Origin: Malacoraja senta
Taxonomy: Eukaryota
Assembly: GCA_038087875.1 (NCBI GenBank)
Contig: CM075979.1
Location: 86,800,001 to 86,864,000, forward strand
Length of the DNA: 64,000 nucleotides
Direction of reading: 5' to 3'
Shown in pieces: positions 13,011 to 24,187 of the stretch. The notes beneath the pieces are model-generated. The model was not told the DNA's origin and did not search any database. It was given only the letters and a program-made list of their open reading frames with translations. Made by a program: the position numbers and the translations under genes. Each line of letters opens with the position of its first letter. Position 1 is the stretch's first letter.

Positions 13011-15287
13011 TTAATGTCCATTTAGGTAGATAAATATCCAATACGTGTGTTCCTTTGATTTTAAACCAATGTTGATTGACAAAGTACATTATTATGTTTG
13101 ATTACACAGTTTCAATATCAAATTTGAGATGAAATTTGAGTTAGTGTAAAATGAATTAAACGTGTGCTCAAAACAACAGAAAATTTATAAAGAAAGATCA
13201 GAAAGATGCACCTGTTGAAAAAAACACATCTTATTCTGGAACAGCTGTTAGATAAATTGAAGGAAGTTAAGTAAGTTAAATTCAATCAAATAAAAAAACC
13301 TACCATGGGTAAACTATGTTGCTATTGCTTTACACATTTTTAATTTTCTCTCCTCTCCCATTGCTGGCAGTCTCTGTGCCGTGAACTATCCCTGCCAGGA
13401 AATTGAGCAAAGGATCTCCTTCTGGCACTGCACCATGTCTGGGAGAGCAGCCAGAACTGAGTTTTATATTTCATCTCTGGGTTCAGCAGCCAGGAATAGA
13501 AAGAATGTCAGCTCTTGCTAGGAGGAACCCCCGGAGTCACCGGGAGACACAGTTGCCGATGTTTGATGTGTGCTTTTCTAATCAGGAAATCTAAATTGGG
13601 TGATTTTCTTTTTGAAGTTCCTATTTCTATTTCAGAAATTGAAATATCCATTTTCCTCAAATGTATTGCCTCCAATCTGTTACTGATTGATGAGCTGCCC
13701 AAGCTCGTTGGTTGTCAGTCTGCAAAGCCAAACATTACCATGAGCTTGTCCCATAATGGGAACTTCTCCAGGGTGCTGACTCCCCTGTGATTGATCAGGC
13801 TCTCCACACTGACCGAACAGGCTTTAAAAGATCCATAACATTGCATTTGCAAATATTCAAAATATATCAGAACTTAAACATACTATTAAAAATATTTAAA
13901 TTTATTTTTAAATGTTTCACACTCCATGACACGACTTCAAGGAGAATTGCTGCAGTTGAGAAATCATCTGTGTTGGGGGTCCAGTGTTTACAGATAAACC
14001 CCCACAACTGTCCACATACCTTCTGTCATCATTTTGGGAGTGGTCGTTTTCCTGTGTTAAGGTTTAGCTTTCAGGAAATATTACTAAGTCTGACCATTAG
14101 ATATTCCATCACTGAAGGGATGGTTGTAGATCGATGTTCGTAAAGTCGTGGTTGCGAAGGCAGGTACTTCCACACGACAGTAAATGGAGGACTGAACTAT
14201 TGTTCAGCTGGTTATTGGGAGCTTGCTTTAACTCTCCATTGGGAGAGGAGCTGCTCTGTTGTTGGTCTTTACTGTTCAATTGAATGCAAAGACAACTGAC
14301 TCAAGTAAATACTGCAAGTGGAGACGCAACAGTATTAGTTCATAATATCTGGAACAAATTCCGTTGTTTCCGAAGAGGTTGTAAGAGGCGTGTGAAAATG
14401 GAAATGTCCTATTAGAGCAGTGGGGAGAACTCAGTTCAGGTCAGTGGCTAAGATTCATTGCTAGTCTTACGTGGAGAGTGTTTTCAGTTGCATATAAATG
14501 TTAAATTTCTGATTTGTTACAAATATTGAGCATTGGAATTTGATCAATTTTTGAGGTGCACTTTTTTCTCACCAACACGTAAAATTGATTAAGGGCCTGT
14601 GCAAGCTGTATTATCAGGAATCTTTTATTCACTGAGATTTCTACAATTAAAACTCTTTTAAGGGGACTGATTTGCTTATTGTGTTCTGGACATAAAGAAT
14701 AATTTTGTCACCCCTTGAAATGAACAAAAAAGATTTTACGTTTTCTCTCAAGTCCTAAATTAAAAGTACTTGATCATCCAGTTGAGTTGTTGCTGGGGCA
14801 AAATAAATGACAGAAGCTAACAATACTCCCATGAAAATGAATTGATCCACGGATCATTACTGGACCCTTCTAATCAGCTCCAACTGGATACTCGTCAATT
14901 AAGTCTTGTGATTGAAAACATTTTTGTGATTCAGATTAAAAAAATAGAAGGTTGGAGAGTAGTTTTTAACATTTTAGAACATTTTCAGTTTGTTTTTGTT
15001 CGACCAAATATCTCCCTCACAAAATCTGGAAAGCAAGGTTTGTTGGGGATTGTGATTATGACTTGTTTAATAAATGCTCAGACCACAACGGCATTTATGT
15101 CAAGATCCTTAGTTCGAAATATTATGAAAATATATTGATTTAAAGATATGGTTTCCATAGGAAATTACTGGAACTTTACCGAGACTTTGAATCCTCGACA
15201 ATTGAACAGATTGCTTTGTTCAAAATAAACTAGCTGAGAGAAATATTTTCCTTTGTTATTCTGGTGGCACATAAAATAATTGTTGGC

Positions 15288-15377
15288 TCTCCATAGATGC
15301 TGCCTCACCTGCTGAGTTACTCCAGCATTTTGTGTCTACCTTCGATTTTACCAGCATCTGCAGTTCTTTCTTACACA
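15288..15377 (+). mobile_element. PLE pLTR tail fragment
   Basis: ctccatagatgctgcctcacctgctgagttactccagcattttgtgtctaccttcgattttaccagcatctgcagttctttctta. Confidence 0.85.
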
Positions 15378-15983
15378 AATAATTTTGGGAGTTAGGCTGT
15401 GATTTTTTTATTGATGGAAAAACATTCCGTGCATTCTGCTTCCATGTGAATGACACATTTAAAAAGAGAGTGGTTCTTAAAATCTTTGAAATAATATATG
15501 CAAGTTATGGATAGTTAAATGCCTTCTCTCTCCACACCTAGCTCAATTTTTCAGGATTACTCTTGTGCTTTATTCTATCTGCTGCCTACTTTCACAGTAT
15601 CAATTCTTTTATTTCTATCTATTATACAAATATAATATATTACAGTAGATCACAGCATAAGCTGCCTTGAATTTAGGGAACAAAGACTTTAAAAAAGAAA
15701 CAGGGGCAGCTCACAAAAGGCCCAGAGGCCCAGATATTCTGATCCAAGATGGGCCGTGCAGTTTTAGTAATGAATCTTTTACTGCAAACTTCAATTACAC
15801 CTGAGGGCCAGACGGCAAGTGCTAGAGACAAGTGTTTGGTTGTTCCAAACCTTGATTGAAAATGTGCCCGGCCAGGATTAAAGCTCCAGGTCAGGTTCAG
15901 GCGAGCTGGAATAACCAGCAGCATAGTCCCTGTGCTGTGGTTATTTGCTGGAAGCAGAAAGAGGGGGTAAGGAGATTAGGCAA

Positions 15984-16276
15984 GGGCCTGTCCCACTGTA
16001 CGAGGTAATTCAAGAGCTCTCCCGAGTAAAAAAAAAAATCAAACTCGTAAGTGCGTAGAATGTACGTAGCGGCTACGTCGGAGCTCGGGGACGTCTCGTA
16101 GCGGCTCGTAACGCTAACGGCAGGTACTCGGGAAACGCGGTGACTTGTGAAGTTTTTCCAGCAATGTGAAAAATGTCCACGAGAGCCCCCAAGTACCTAT
16201 TACCTTAATTCTCCGAGTTCGAATCAGGGGAAACTCTGGAGAACTCTTGAATTATCTCGTATAGTGGGACAGGCCC
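15984..16276. mobile_element. Non-autonomous TIR DNA transposon (MITE), PIF/Harbinger-like
   Basis: 43-bp TIR GGGCCTGTCCCACTGTACGAGGTAATTCAAGAGCTCTCCCGAG with 4 mismatches to the right end; CpG-rich; homologous to 54794-55121. Confidence 0.88.
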
Positions 16277-18214
16277 ATTAGGACGAAACTGTGCTGTGCC
16301 TTGAATTAGGCCCAATTGGAGGTGGAATCACTCCTTTGCCTGGTGTATGGCTATGACTGGACCAGTGCCCTGAGTTACGAGAGAGATGGGGGAAATAGGT
16401 TTCACAGTGAGGGATCAGAGTGGGATTAAAGCCACCAAATATTGATAGTAGTATGAGGAGGTTTAAAGATTGAGCCTCAGTAAGGGATGTTGGAATTGGT
16501 GATAGGGAGATTAGAAATTGGCTTTGAGGATCGAGAGAGATTGAGACACTGTATGGTTGGGACCTGGTTTCATGGAAGGGGGACCAAAATCAATAAAGTG
16601 TTTACATTGTGGGGCTACCAATCCAGATTTGTGCAAGCTAGGCCTAGTTGTCTGGTAGTGCTCAACAACGGTACCTTCCAAGATAACGTGGTCCAAGATT
16701 CCACCCACTTGCTGCAAGAAAATAGCACTGCAAGGAGAAAGATGGCCTTATGTGCGCCCTGATGCTGCAATCACTTCAAGGGCACAATGGTTAGTCACAC
16801 GTGGTAGTTCTCAGTCAATTATCCAGCAGGACACATAACAGAAACCGACATTGTCCCCGATGGAGAAAACAGTTTTCAGTCACGTGGTGCTGATAAAACA
16901 GCTTTATGTGATTTAACTTCTGGTCAAGTATGTCTTTAGTGTCTTACTACATCAATCAATTGCTTTATATTCTCCTTAACCATTGTGAAATCATACAGTG
17001 TAACGAATTATGTTGTTTCGCCAAAAGATTATCTAATACTCTTTTTTTTTACATCACCGATTGTCCATATCTTCCAAACAGCCCCAGCAGCATCTGCCAT
17101 GGAGCCGGTGAGGGGGTGGTGGAAGCATTACTACTAAAATACTACCGAGCACAAACTGGTGACCTGTGTATCACCATAACACCCTATTTGTTGGCTTCTG
17201 GAAGTCTGTTAACTGCTAATGATGCCCGGACATGAAAAGCCGGCCCAGGGAGTGGCGCAGTTTTTTGCCATGATGTCTGTCAGCTTTTTCCTTTTCATAT
17301 GGATGCAGTTAAGTGGGCCTCTTTGGAATGTAATTGGAGGGTGGTGGGGGTGGGAGGAAGGCCGCCTAGGGCCATCCCCGAGGTACACCAGCAAAGCAGG
17401 ACTCCAACATCCCAGGCACATTATTTATATGACCAGGAGCATGTGGCTTTGAGAATGAACATCAAAGTTTGTCTAGTACATCATAATTTACATCGGTGAC
17501 AACTAAACCGGATAAAGGTCAGGAGGTGGCTGACTAACTGCTTTTTTTTTTGAAGTATTGTTCCCCTCACAGATATTCCAAAAATCCTAATTGTTTCTTA
17601 TTGAAACAAAGTGTATAACCTTGCCCTCAACATGAAAACAAATTACCCTGGGTAACATACAGATACAATGCACTAAAGATACAGCAGTGTCCACTGTTGA
17701 GTGAGAAGATACAGGTCCATCCCCTCCATTCTTCATACAACCTCTTAATCTCAACCTTGCTGCTCTGTGGGTGAGTGAACGGTTCTCTGGGAGACAGGGT
17801 GTTGGTAAATTAAAAGAAAGACAAAAATTCCCTTTCTTAGATTTTTGTTTCGAATTGCACTCTATGACCTCCCCAATGTCTTTGTTGGAGAGGCAGCGTG
17901 TAATTTATCTGTCATTCATTCCCCTGTTTGAACTTCAAGCCAATATTTGCATTCGAGGGTTGCACGTGAAATATAGCATGTTGGGTACGATACCAGCTGC
18001 CATTCCGCACTTGTCAGTCAATAGTCTAACAGAATGCAACATTTTAAGAGTGTAGAACGTATTTCCACACTGGTGCCCTTTTCAAAGTCAAAAATGCCAA
18101 CCTTGAATGGCGACAACTATCTGCTCCACTAATCCTTCTCTCCTCCCTGCAGCCCCATTAACAGTTAATCACCCCATTTTCCGCCAACACTTCTTTTTCC
18201 ATTGTGCTGCAAGG

Positions 18215-18512
18215 GGGGCAGAGCTGCTATGTCACTGGTTCAATGGTGACTGTTTGGAGCTTGCACGCTCTCTATGTGACTGCATGGGCTTCCTCCAAGT
18301 GCTCCAGTTCCTTCACACATCCCGTGGGTGCATAGGTTAGTGGATCAATTGGCCATGGTAAATTGCCCCTAGTGTGTGGAAGAGTGGTAGAATCTGGGGG
18401 AGTTGTTGAGAAAGTGTGGAGAATAAAATGGGATTCATGTAGGATCCGTGAAAATGGATGCTTGATGGTAAGTGCAGATTCAATGGGCCAAAGTGATATT
18501 TTCTGTGCTCAA
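18215..18512 (+). mobile_element. Degenerate HE1-type V-SINE
   Basis: tttggagcttgcacgctctc..tgcatgggcttcctcc..gtgctccagttcc V-domain; aaattgcccctagtgtgtg. Confidence 0.7.
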
Positions 18513-18879
18513 TGACAGAGTTTTAAATTGCTCCACTGTTTACAAAAATGAAATAAAATTTTATGTGTGCTCCCGGGAATTCATCTTTCACATGCACTTC
18601 AGAGCTTCCAAATTATTGCTTCCATGCTCTTCAAAGACTCTGTTTCCTGACCACTGACTCTGTCTCCCTCACTAGCTACTGCCTGAGGCACAGATTACTT
18701 ACAAATGGTTTGGTCTTTTTTGCTTTGAACTGAGATTCCAACCCTTATCCTCTCATTGGGACTGTCTTGATCCACCTCCAAACCATTGTACAGCCAGACT
18801 CAGCTCATCTGTTCCTGATACTTGTGTTACTACCAGACACAAGTATTCTAAATCTCTCTTGGCTATCTTCCTGCATTCC

Positions 18880-19190
18880 AAAACCTATAATCCCATCCAA
18901 AGCTCTACTAACTATATCCTAAATAGCATCAAGATTGTTCACCCAGATCGACATCATATCATCCTAAACCTTGTATTTACATCTGTCCATTGGTCATTGC
19001 TTTTGAAAGGCCAATATGTCAGATACCAAGTTCAGGATTTCCTTCCCTAAACCCACATACCCATCTCCTTTCCTATCACCAAAGCTTTTGATACTGGACC
19101 TAATTTCTTCTTCTGGGAGACGTTGTCAAATTTTGTCTGATGACACCCCTAAGAAGAACCTGGGGATATTTTGCTCAGTTAATTAGTCTG
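18880..19190 (+). mobile_element. Degraded L2 3' remnant
   Basis: atccaaagctct..atcctaa..ttcaccca..cattgg and tail tgacacccctaagaagaacctggggatatttt, similar to 1930-2615. Confidence 0.45.
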
Positions 19191-19198
19191 TACAAACC

Positions 19199-19503
19199 GG
19201 GCGGCACGGTGACACAGCGGCAGAGTTGCTGCCTTGCAGCGCTTACAGCGCCAGAGACCCAGGTTCAATCCCGACTACAGAGTTTGTACGTTCTCCCCGT
19301 GACCGCGTGGATTTTCTCTGTGATTTTCGGTTTCCTCCCATACTCCAAAGACATACAGGTTTGTAGGTTATTTGGCTCGGTATAAATGTAAAAAAATTGT
19401 CCCTAGCGTGTGTCGGATAATGTCAATGTGCGGGGGATCACTGGTCGGTGCGGACTTGGTGGGCCGAAGGGCCTGTTTCCGCGCTATATCTCTAAACTAA
19501 ACT
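19199..19503 (+). mobile_element. HE1-type tRNA-derived V-SINE, full length
   Basis: tRNA-like head with A box (ggtgacacagcgg) and B box (ggttcaatccc), V-domain, HER1-like 3' end gggccgaagggcctgtttcc, (CTAAA)n tail. Confidence 0.9.
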
Positions 19504-19519
19504 GTCTTATAATTCACAT

Positions 19520-19770
19520 CTAGCTGGAGTAACTCAGCGGGACAGGGGGCATCTCTGGAGAGAAGGAATGGGTGACGTTTCGGGTCGAGACCCTTCTTCA
19601 GACTGGTTAAGGATAAGGGAAACGAGAGATATAGACGATGATGTCGAGAAATAAATAACAGAAACGTCACCCATTCCTTCCCTCCAGAGATGCTGCCTGT
19701 CCGCTGAGTTACTCCAGCTTTTTGTGTCTGTCTTCGGTTTAAACCATCATCTGCAGTTCCTTCCTTCACA
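19520..19770. mobile_element. Palindromic PLE-derived element with an intact hammerhead
   Basis: Inverted arms 19522-19580 and 19661-19720; imperfect TSD taattcacat/taactcacat. Confidence 0.88.
19574..19601 (-). ncRNA. Minimal type I hammerhead ribozyme motif, consensus-perfect copy
   Basis: - strand CTGAAGA-A-GGGTC-TC-GACCC-GAAA-CG-TC. Confidence 0.7.
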
Positions 19771-20534
19771 TAACTCACATTGTTGTGGTTGTTATAAAGG
19801 GAGGAGCAAAAAGGGGAATTCTGCCTCCCCACAAACCAGAATACATCTCAGAGAAGTAGGTAAAATAAATGTCTTGACATCTCAGGTGGGGCATTACAGC
19901 TGAGTGAGTGCATTCTTTCTGCTAATTACATTAGATTTTTAAACAGAGAATAAAATTGATCTCCCTTGGAGAAAAGAAATTACATTTCATTTCGAGGGAC
20001 AGTGTAATTTTCTGACAACATAAAAGCAGAAACTAGGAACTGCATATGCTATAGAGTTTACTGTAGAGTTGCTTAGCACCACCAACATAAAAGCATTTTT
20101 TTTTTGTATCAATCAAACTTTTCTTGTCACATTTATGATAGTTCCTGGATCTTGTTTGTTCAGCTGGAAATTCTCCCTAATACCATTCTAACTAGTCTCT
20201 ACGTGAAAGGGCATGGTGACAACCTTCACAGCCTCACTTGTCTGTAGACAACAGCACATCAAAGTCAGCAAATGATACAGAACTTTGCAAAGCAAGGGTA
20301 ATGATTATTACCATTAAAACCTATTGAATTACCATGTTCAGAGAACTTGTGGGAAGAAGTGTAATTGGATGCCCTTAGAAAAGACTGATTTTGAAAAGCA
20401 ATCTGCAATGAAAAATCACAATTTATGTGTGAATGGCTCTTGGTATCCATTAACAAAATGTGGCACGGACTTTTAAAAAGGCAAACGAGGCTCAAAAAGA
20501 ATAGAAACACAAAAGTACCCAATTGAGTACTACA

Positions 20535-20722
20535 GGTAGATAAAAATGCTAGCGAAACTCAGCGGGTGAGGCAGCATCAATGGAGCGAAGGAATGGGTGA
20601 CATTTCAGGTCGTCGAGACAACCCGACATTCCTTTGCTCCATAGATGCTGCCTCCCCAGCTGAGTTTCTCCAGCATTTTCATCTACCATCGATTTTTCCA
20701 GCATCTGCAGTTCCTTCTTAAA
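20535..20722. mobile_element. Palindromic PLE-derived mini-element with 15-bp TSD
   Basis: caattgagtactaca at 20520-20534 and 20723-20737; inverted arms joined in a scrambled hammerhead region. Confidence 0.9.
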
Positions 20723-21021
20723 CAATTGAGTACTACAAATCAGTGGATATTCCTCACTGGAAAACTGAAGGCACTGTCCTTCAGTTGGCTATTAAGTGCT
20801 TAGAAGGATTGCAGGTAATGCTCAATATGATATTACTGGGGATGTGGGGTGTTATCTGTGAAAGAGCATGTGAAAGTTACGATTGTTGTAGTGGGATAAG
20901 ATTAAACTGTGAGCTAACAGAGATTTTCATCATAATGCGCATTGTTCATAGATTGCAGAAAACTCCTCCTCCCACGAGTGAGTTTGTGACCAAAGATTGT
21001 GCATTTATAATTACAAGTGAG

Positions 21022-21468
21022 TTTAGTTCAGAGATATAGCATAGAAACAGGCCCTTCGGCCCATGGAGTTCACATCGACCATTGATCCCCATACACTAGT
21101 TCTATGCTATCCCACTTTCACATCCAGCCCACTGGGGGCAATTCATGGGGCGACTCTTTGCACACTTTGGGTGTACAAAACAAAGAATATCATTGTGACT
21201 GGTCACCTGTGGACAATAAAGTATCATTCATTCATTCATTCAATATTATCCAACATTCTCATCCACTATCCACACACTAGGGGCAATATACGTAGGCCAA
21301 TTAACCTGCAAACCTGCATGTCTTTGGAATGTGGGAGGAAACCAGAGCACCCGGAGAAAACCCACGCAGTCACAAGGAGAATGTACAAACTCCACACAGA
21401 CAGCATCCACAGTCAGGATCGCACCTGTGTCTTTGGCACTGTAAGGCAGCAACTCTGCCACTCTACCG
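21022..21468 (-). mobile_element. HE1-type V-SINE containing a + strand LINE 3' end (about 21150-21242, AATAAA + (CATT)n tail)
   Basis: Reverse V-domain gtgggaggaaaccagagcacccggagaaaacccacgcag; insert ends gacaataaagtatcattcattcattcattca. Confidence 0.85.
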
Positions 21469-22277
21469 ATGTAAAGCAAGGATCTATTTTCATTTGCTTT
21501 TGGTCCCACATGAACAGTTCTGTCAGCCAAGGCAATGAAAGGTGATTCCATAAATACATTTAAAGGTTTACAAGTTGCAGTGGCAAAAGGACATCTGCTC
21601 ATTCAAAGAGTCAGTACGGACATGGAAATGCAGAAGGCTTCCTCAGTTGCAACTAGTTTCTATGATTCTTTGTTTCATTATTAATGATGGTCTCATGGTG
21701 TCTAATGCACTCCTGTTGTCCAAAGGGTGGATTGTAGACTGTTTGTAACATTCGCAGCACACAACAGTTATACAATGGCTTCATAATCCATTCTAATTTA
21801 CATCTATATGTTACTGGCAGAATAAAACAATAAAGTTCACGTATGCTATTAAGTTCAAGTAATCACATCCATTTCTTGATAACCCAAAGATGAAACTCGC
21901 TGCTGAGAAAAGGCTACTACAGACTACTGTAAATCTTTTTGATGGAACTCACTCCCTGAAGAAGCTGAAAGGCTTCTGGCTTTTGTCAAATGCCGTTCCT
22001 CTGAGTAATAAATGTCATAGTGCAAAGAACAAAAGGAACAAAATGCATGCAGATTTGTAACTTTCAAAAAATGATGTGTAAAAATTCATTGAAATAGTTC
22101 GAGCATTTCACCTCACTACCTCAAATGGACATTTACTTCTATGATATTAAATAGTCCACATCATTGTTACCTGCTCTGGTCCCATATTCTTTAATCTCCT
22201 TTTCTAGGCTTCACCCATCTAATCTAATTTTGAATGTTGGCAGAGTTCTGTCTATAGCCACTGCACAGTCCCTCAAA

Positions 22278-22577
22278 GTTTAGTTTAGATCAGAGGTACA
22301 GCATGGAAACAGGCCCTTTGGCCCACCAAGTCAACGTGGACCATCGATCACCCATTCACAATAATTCAATGTTACACACTACCAGCGTTTTACAGAGCCC
22401 GGTTACTCTACAAACTCTCATTTCTTGGGTGGAAACTGGAGCACCCAGAGGGAACCCATGTGGTCACAGGGAGAATATGCAAACTGCGCACTGACAGAAC
22501 CCGGGGTCAGGATCGAACCTGGGTCTCTGGCGCTGTGAGCCGGCACAAGCTCTACCAGCAGTGCCACTATGCCGCCC
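22278..22577 (-). mobile_element. HE1-type V-SINE
   Basis: Reverse tRNA head ggatcgaacctgggtctctggcgctgtgag...ccactatgccgccc; (TTTAG) tail. Confidence 0.88.
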
Positions 22578-22587
22578 TTGTGCACAT

Positions 22588-22848
22588 AGATCCTGACTAC
22601 GGGTGCTGTCTGTGTGGAGTTTTTACGTTCTCAACGTGACCTGCGTGGGTTTTCGCCGAGATCTTCGGTTTCCTCCCACACTCCAAAGACGTACAGGTTT
22701 GTAGGTTGATTGGCTTGGTAAATGTAAAAATTGTCTCTAGTGTGTGTAGGATAGTGTTAATATGCGGGGATCGCTGGTCGGCACGGACTCGGTGAGCCGA
22801 AGTGCCTGTTTCCACACTGTATCTCTAAACTAAAAAAACTAAACTAAA
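22588..22848 (+). mobile_element. HE1-type V-SINE, 5'-truncated
   Basis: Starts at the B-box end gatcctgactacgggtgctgtctg; (CTAAA)n tail. Confidence 0.88.
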
Positions 22849-23079
22849 TAAATTCCATAATGATTTCCTATGAAGTTAATTCTCCTAATCCTTACATTTA
22901 ATTTGTATCAGCTCCCCTTCTCAGTACTCCCCAACAGCACAGTCATGATCTTCTAGTTTTGGAAATCATCTGCTTCTGATATCGCTGCCCATTGTCTTCA
23001 AAATTTTAAACATTTCTTTACTATCTTTATTAATCTGTACTGTTCAGATGACAAAAGGCCTATTTTTCGGGGGCTGGGG

Positions 23080-23197
23080 GTTAAGGGGAGAAGGTAGGAG
23101 AATAGGTTTGAGAGGGAAAGATAGATCAGCCATGATTGAATGGCAGAGTAATCTCGATGGGCCAAATGGCCTAATTCTGCCAGTGTAACCTATGAAC
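23080..23197 (+). mobile_element. CR1/HER1 3' UTR fragment
   Basis: ggggagaaggtaggagaa..gatagatcagccatgattgaatggcag. Confidence 0.8.
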
Positions 23198-24069
23198 TTT
23201 TTCAAATCAAAATTGTGCTCAGTCGTTGTCCAATGGCCGAGTTCTGTGTGACATTGTGTATCAGTATTATGCTAAGATCTTGTACCAGCACAAATACTTA
23301 TTTGGTTATATTTAAATGTCAGCCAGTATTTGTCCGAGACATGCAGAGAGGAACCTTCACCCTTAACTGAAGCACAATACTTCATCAGCTAATTTTTGCT
23401 TCTCATGTTTTTCCCAAGATGATACTGGGTTATGGCAGTGAGAAATTGATTTTCTTTGCAGGAAAAAGGAAAGAAAATACACCTGTTTTCTGGGGAAATG
23501 GCATTGTGACAGGATAAAAACTCAGCCCTCAATGATAAAATTTCTAAAAAACAACCAGAAATGGAAGTTGGGACAGCCAGAGTTTTAATACTGAATGACA
23601 GAACCTTAAGAGTTTTCTTAAGGATTGGCCAGTTGTATTTAGTCCTATGTTTGGATTTTCATATTTTTATTAAGGAGTTCTTAAAAATTCGGGTGTATAG
23701 TGTGAAAGGAACTGTGGCGACATGCATGAAAAGTTGGTTGACAAGCTTAAAACAACATGTTTCAAAGATTAGTGAAAATCGGTGATTGAATTGGACAAAG
23801 AGCAATGCTGGTTCTTCTCCCTTTTTCAAAGTATATCATTGTCTTCAGCTTGGGGACAATTTACTAGTTTTCTAAACAATACTTGGAGTTTCACAAACAA
23901 CTTTGAGTATTTGGGAAACATTGGTATAGGCTGCTGGTGACGGCCTTTAAATAAAAACGAATTATAGAAGGCAGTCGAGTAGTGTACTGGTAGTTTTGAA
24001 GAACATTTTCCACCGAGGACCAAGAAGAAGGGGATGATGAAGGAACAGGGAGCATTGGTAGGAGGAAAG

Positions 24070-24187
24070 TTCATAAGTGATAGGAGCAGAATTAGGCCAT
24101 TCGGCCCATCAAGTCTACTCTACCATTCAATCATGATCTTACCGTCTTAAATCCATTCTCCTACCTTCTCCCCATAACCCTTGACTA
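24070..24187 (-). mobile_element. CR1/HER1 3' UTR fragment
   Basis: ataggagcagaattaggccattcggcccatcaagtctactc..ccttctccccataaccc. Confidence 0.8.

Noticed and set aside
13371-13406. Acceptor-like site giving SLCRELSLPGN*
   Set aside because: Only a pyrimidine tract plus AG; no donor or homology support
19199-19275. tRNA gene (also the heads at about 22500, 28404, 36440, 63840)
   Set aside because: These are tRNA-derived SINE heads continuing into V-domain and LINE tails; no complete cloverleaf or T-run terminator
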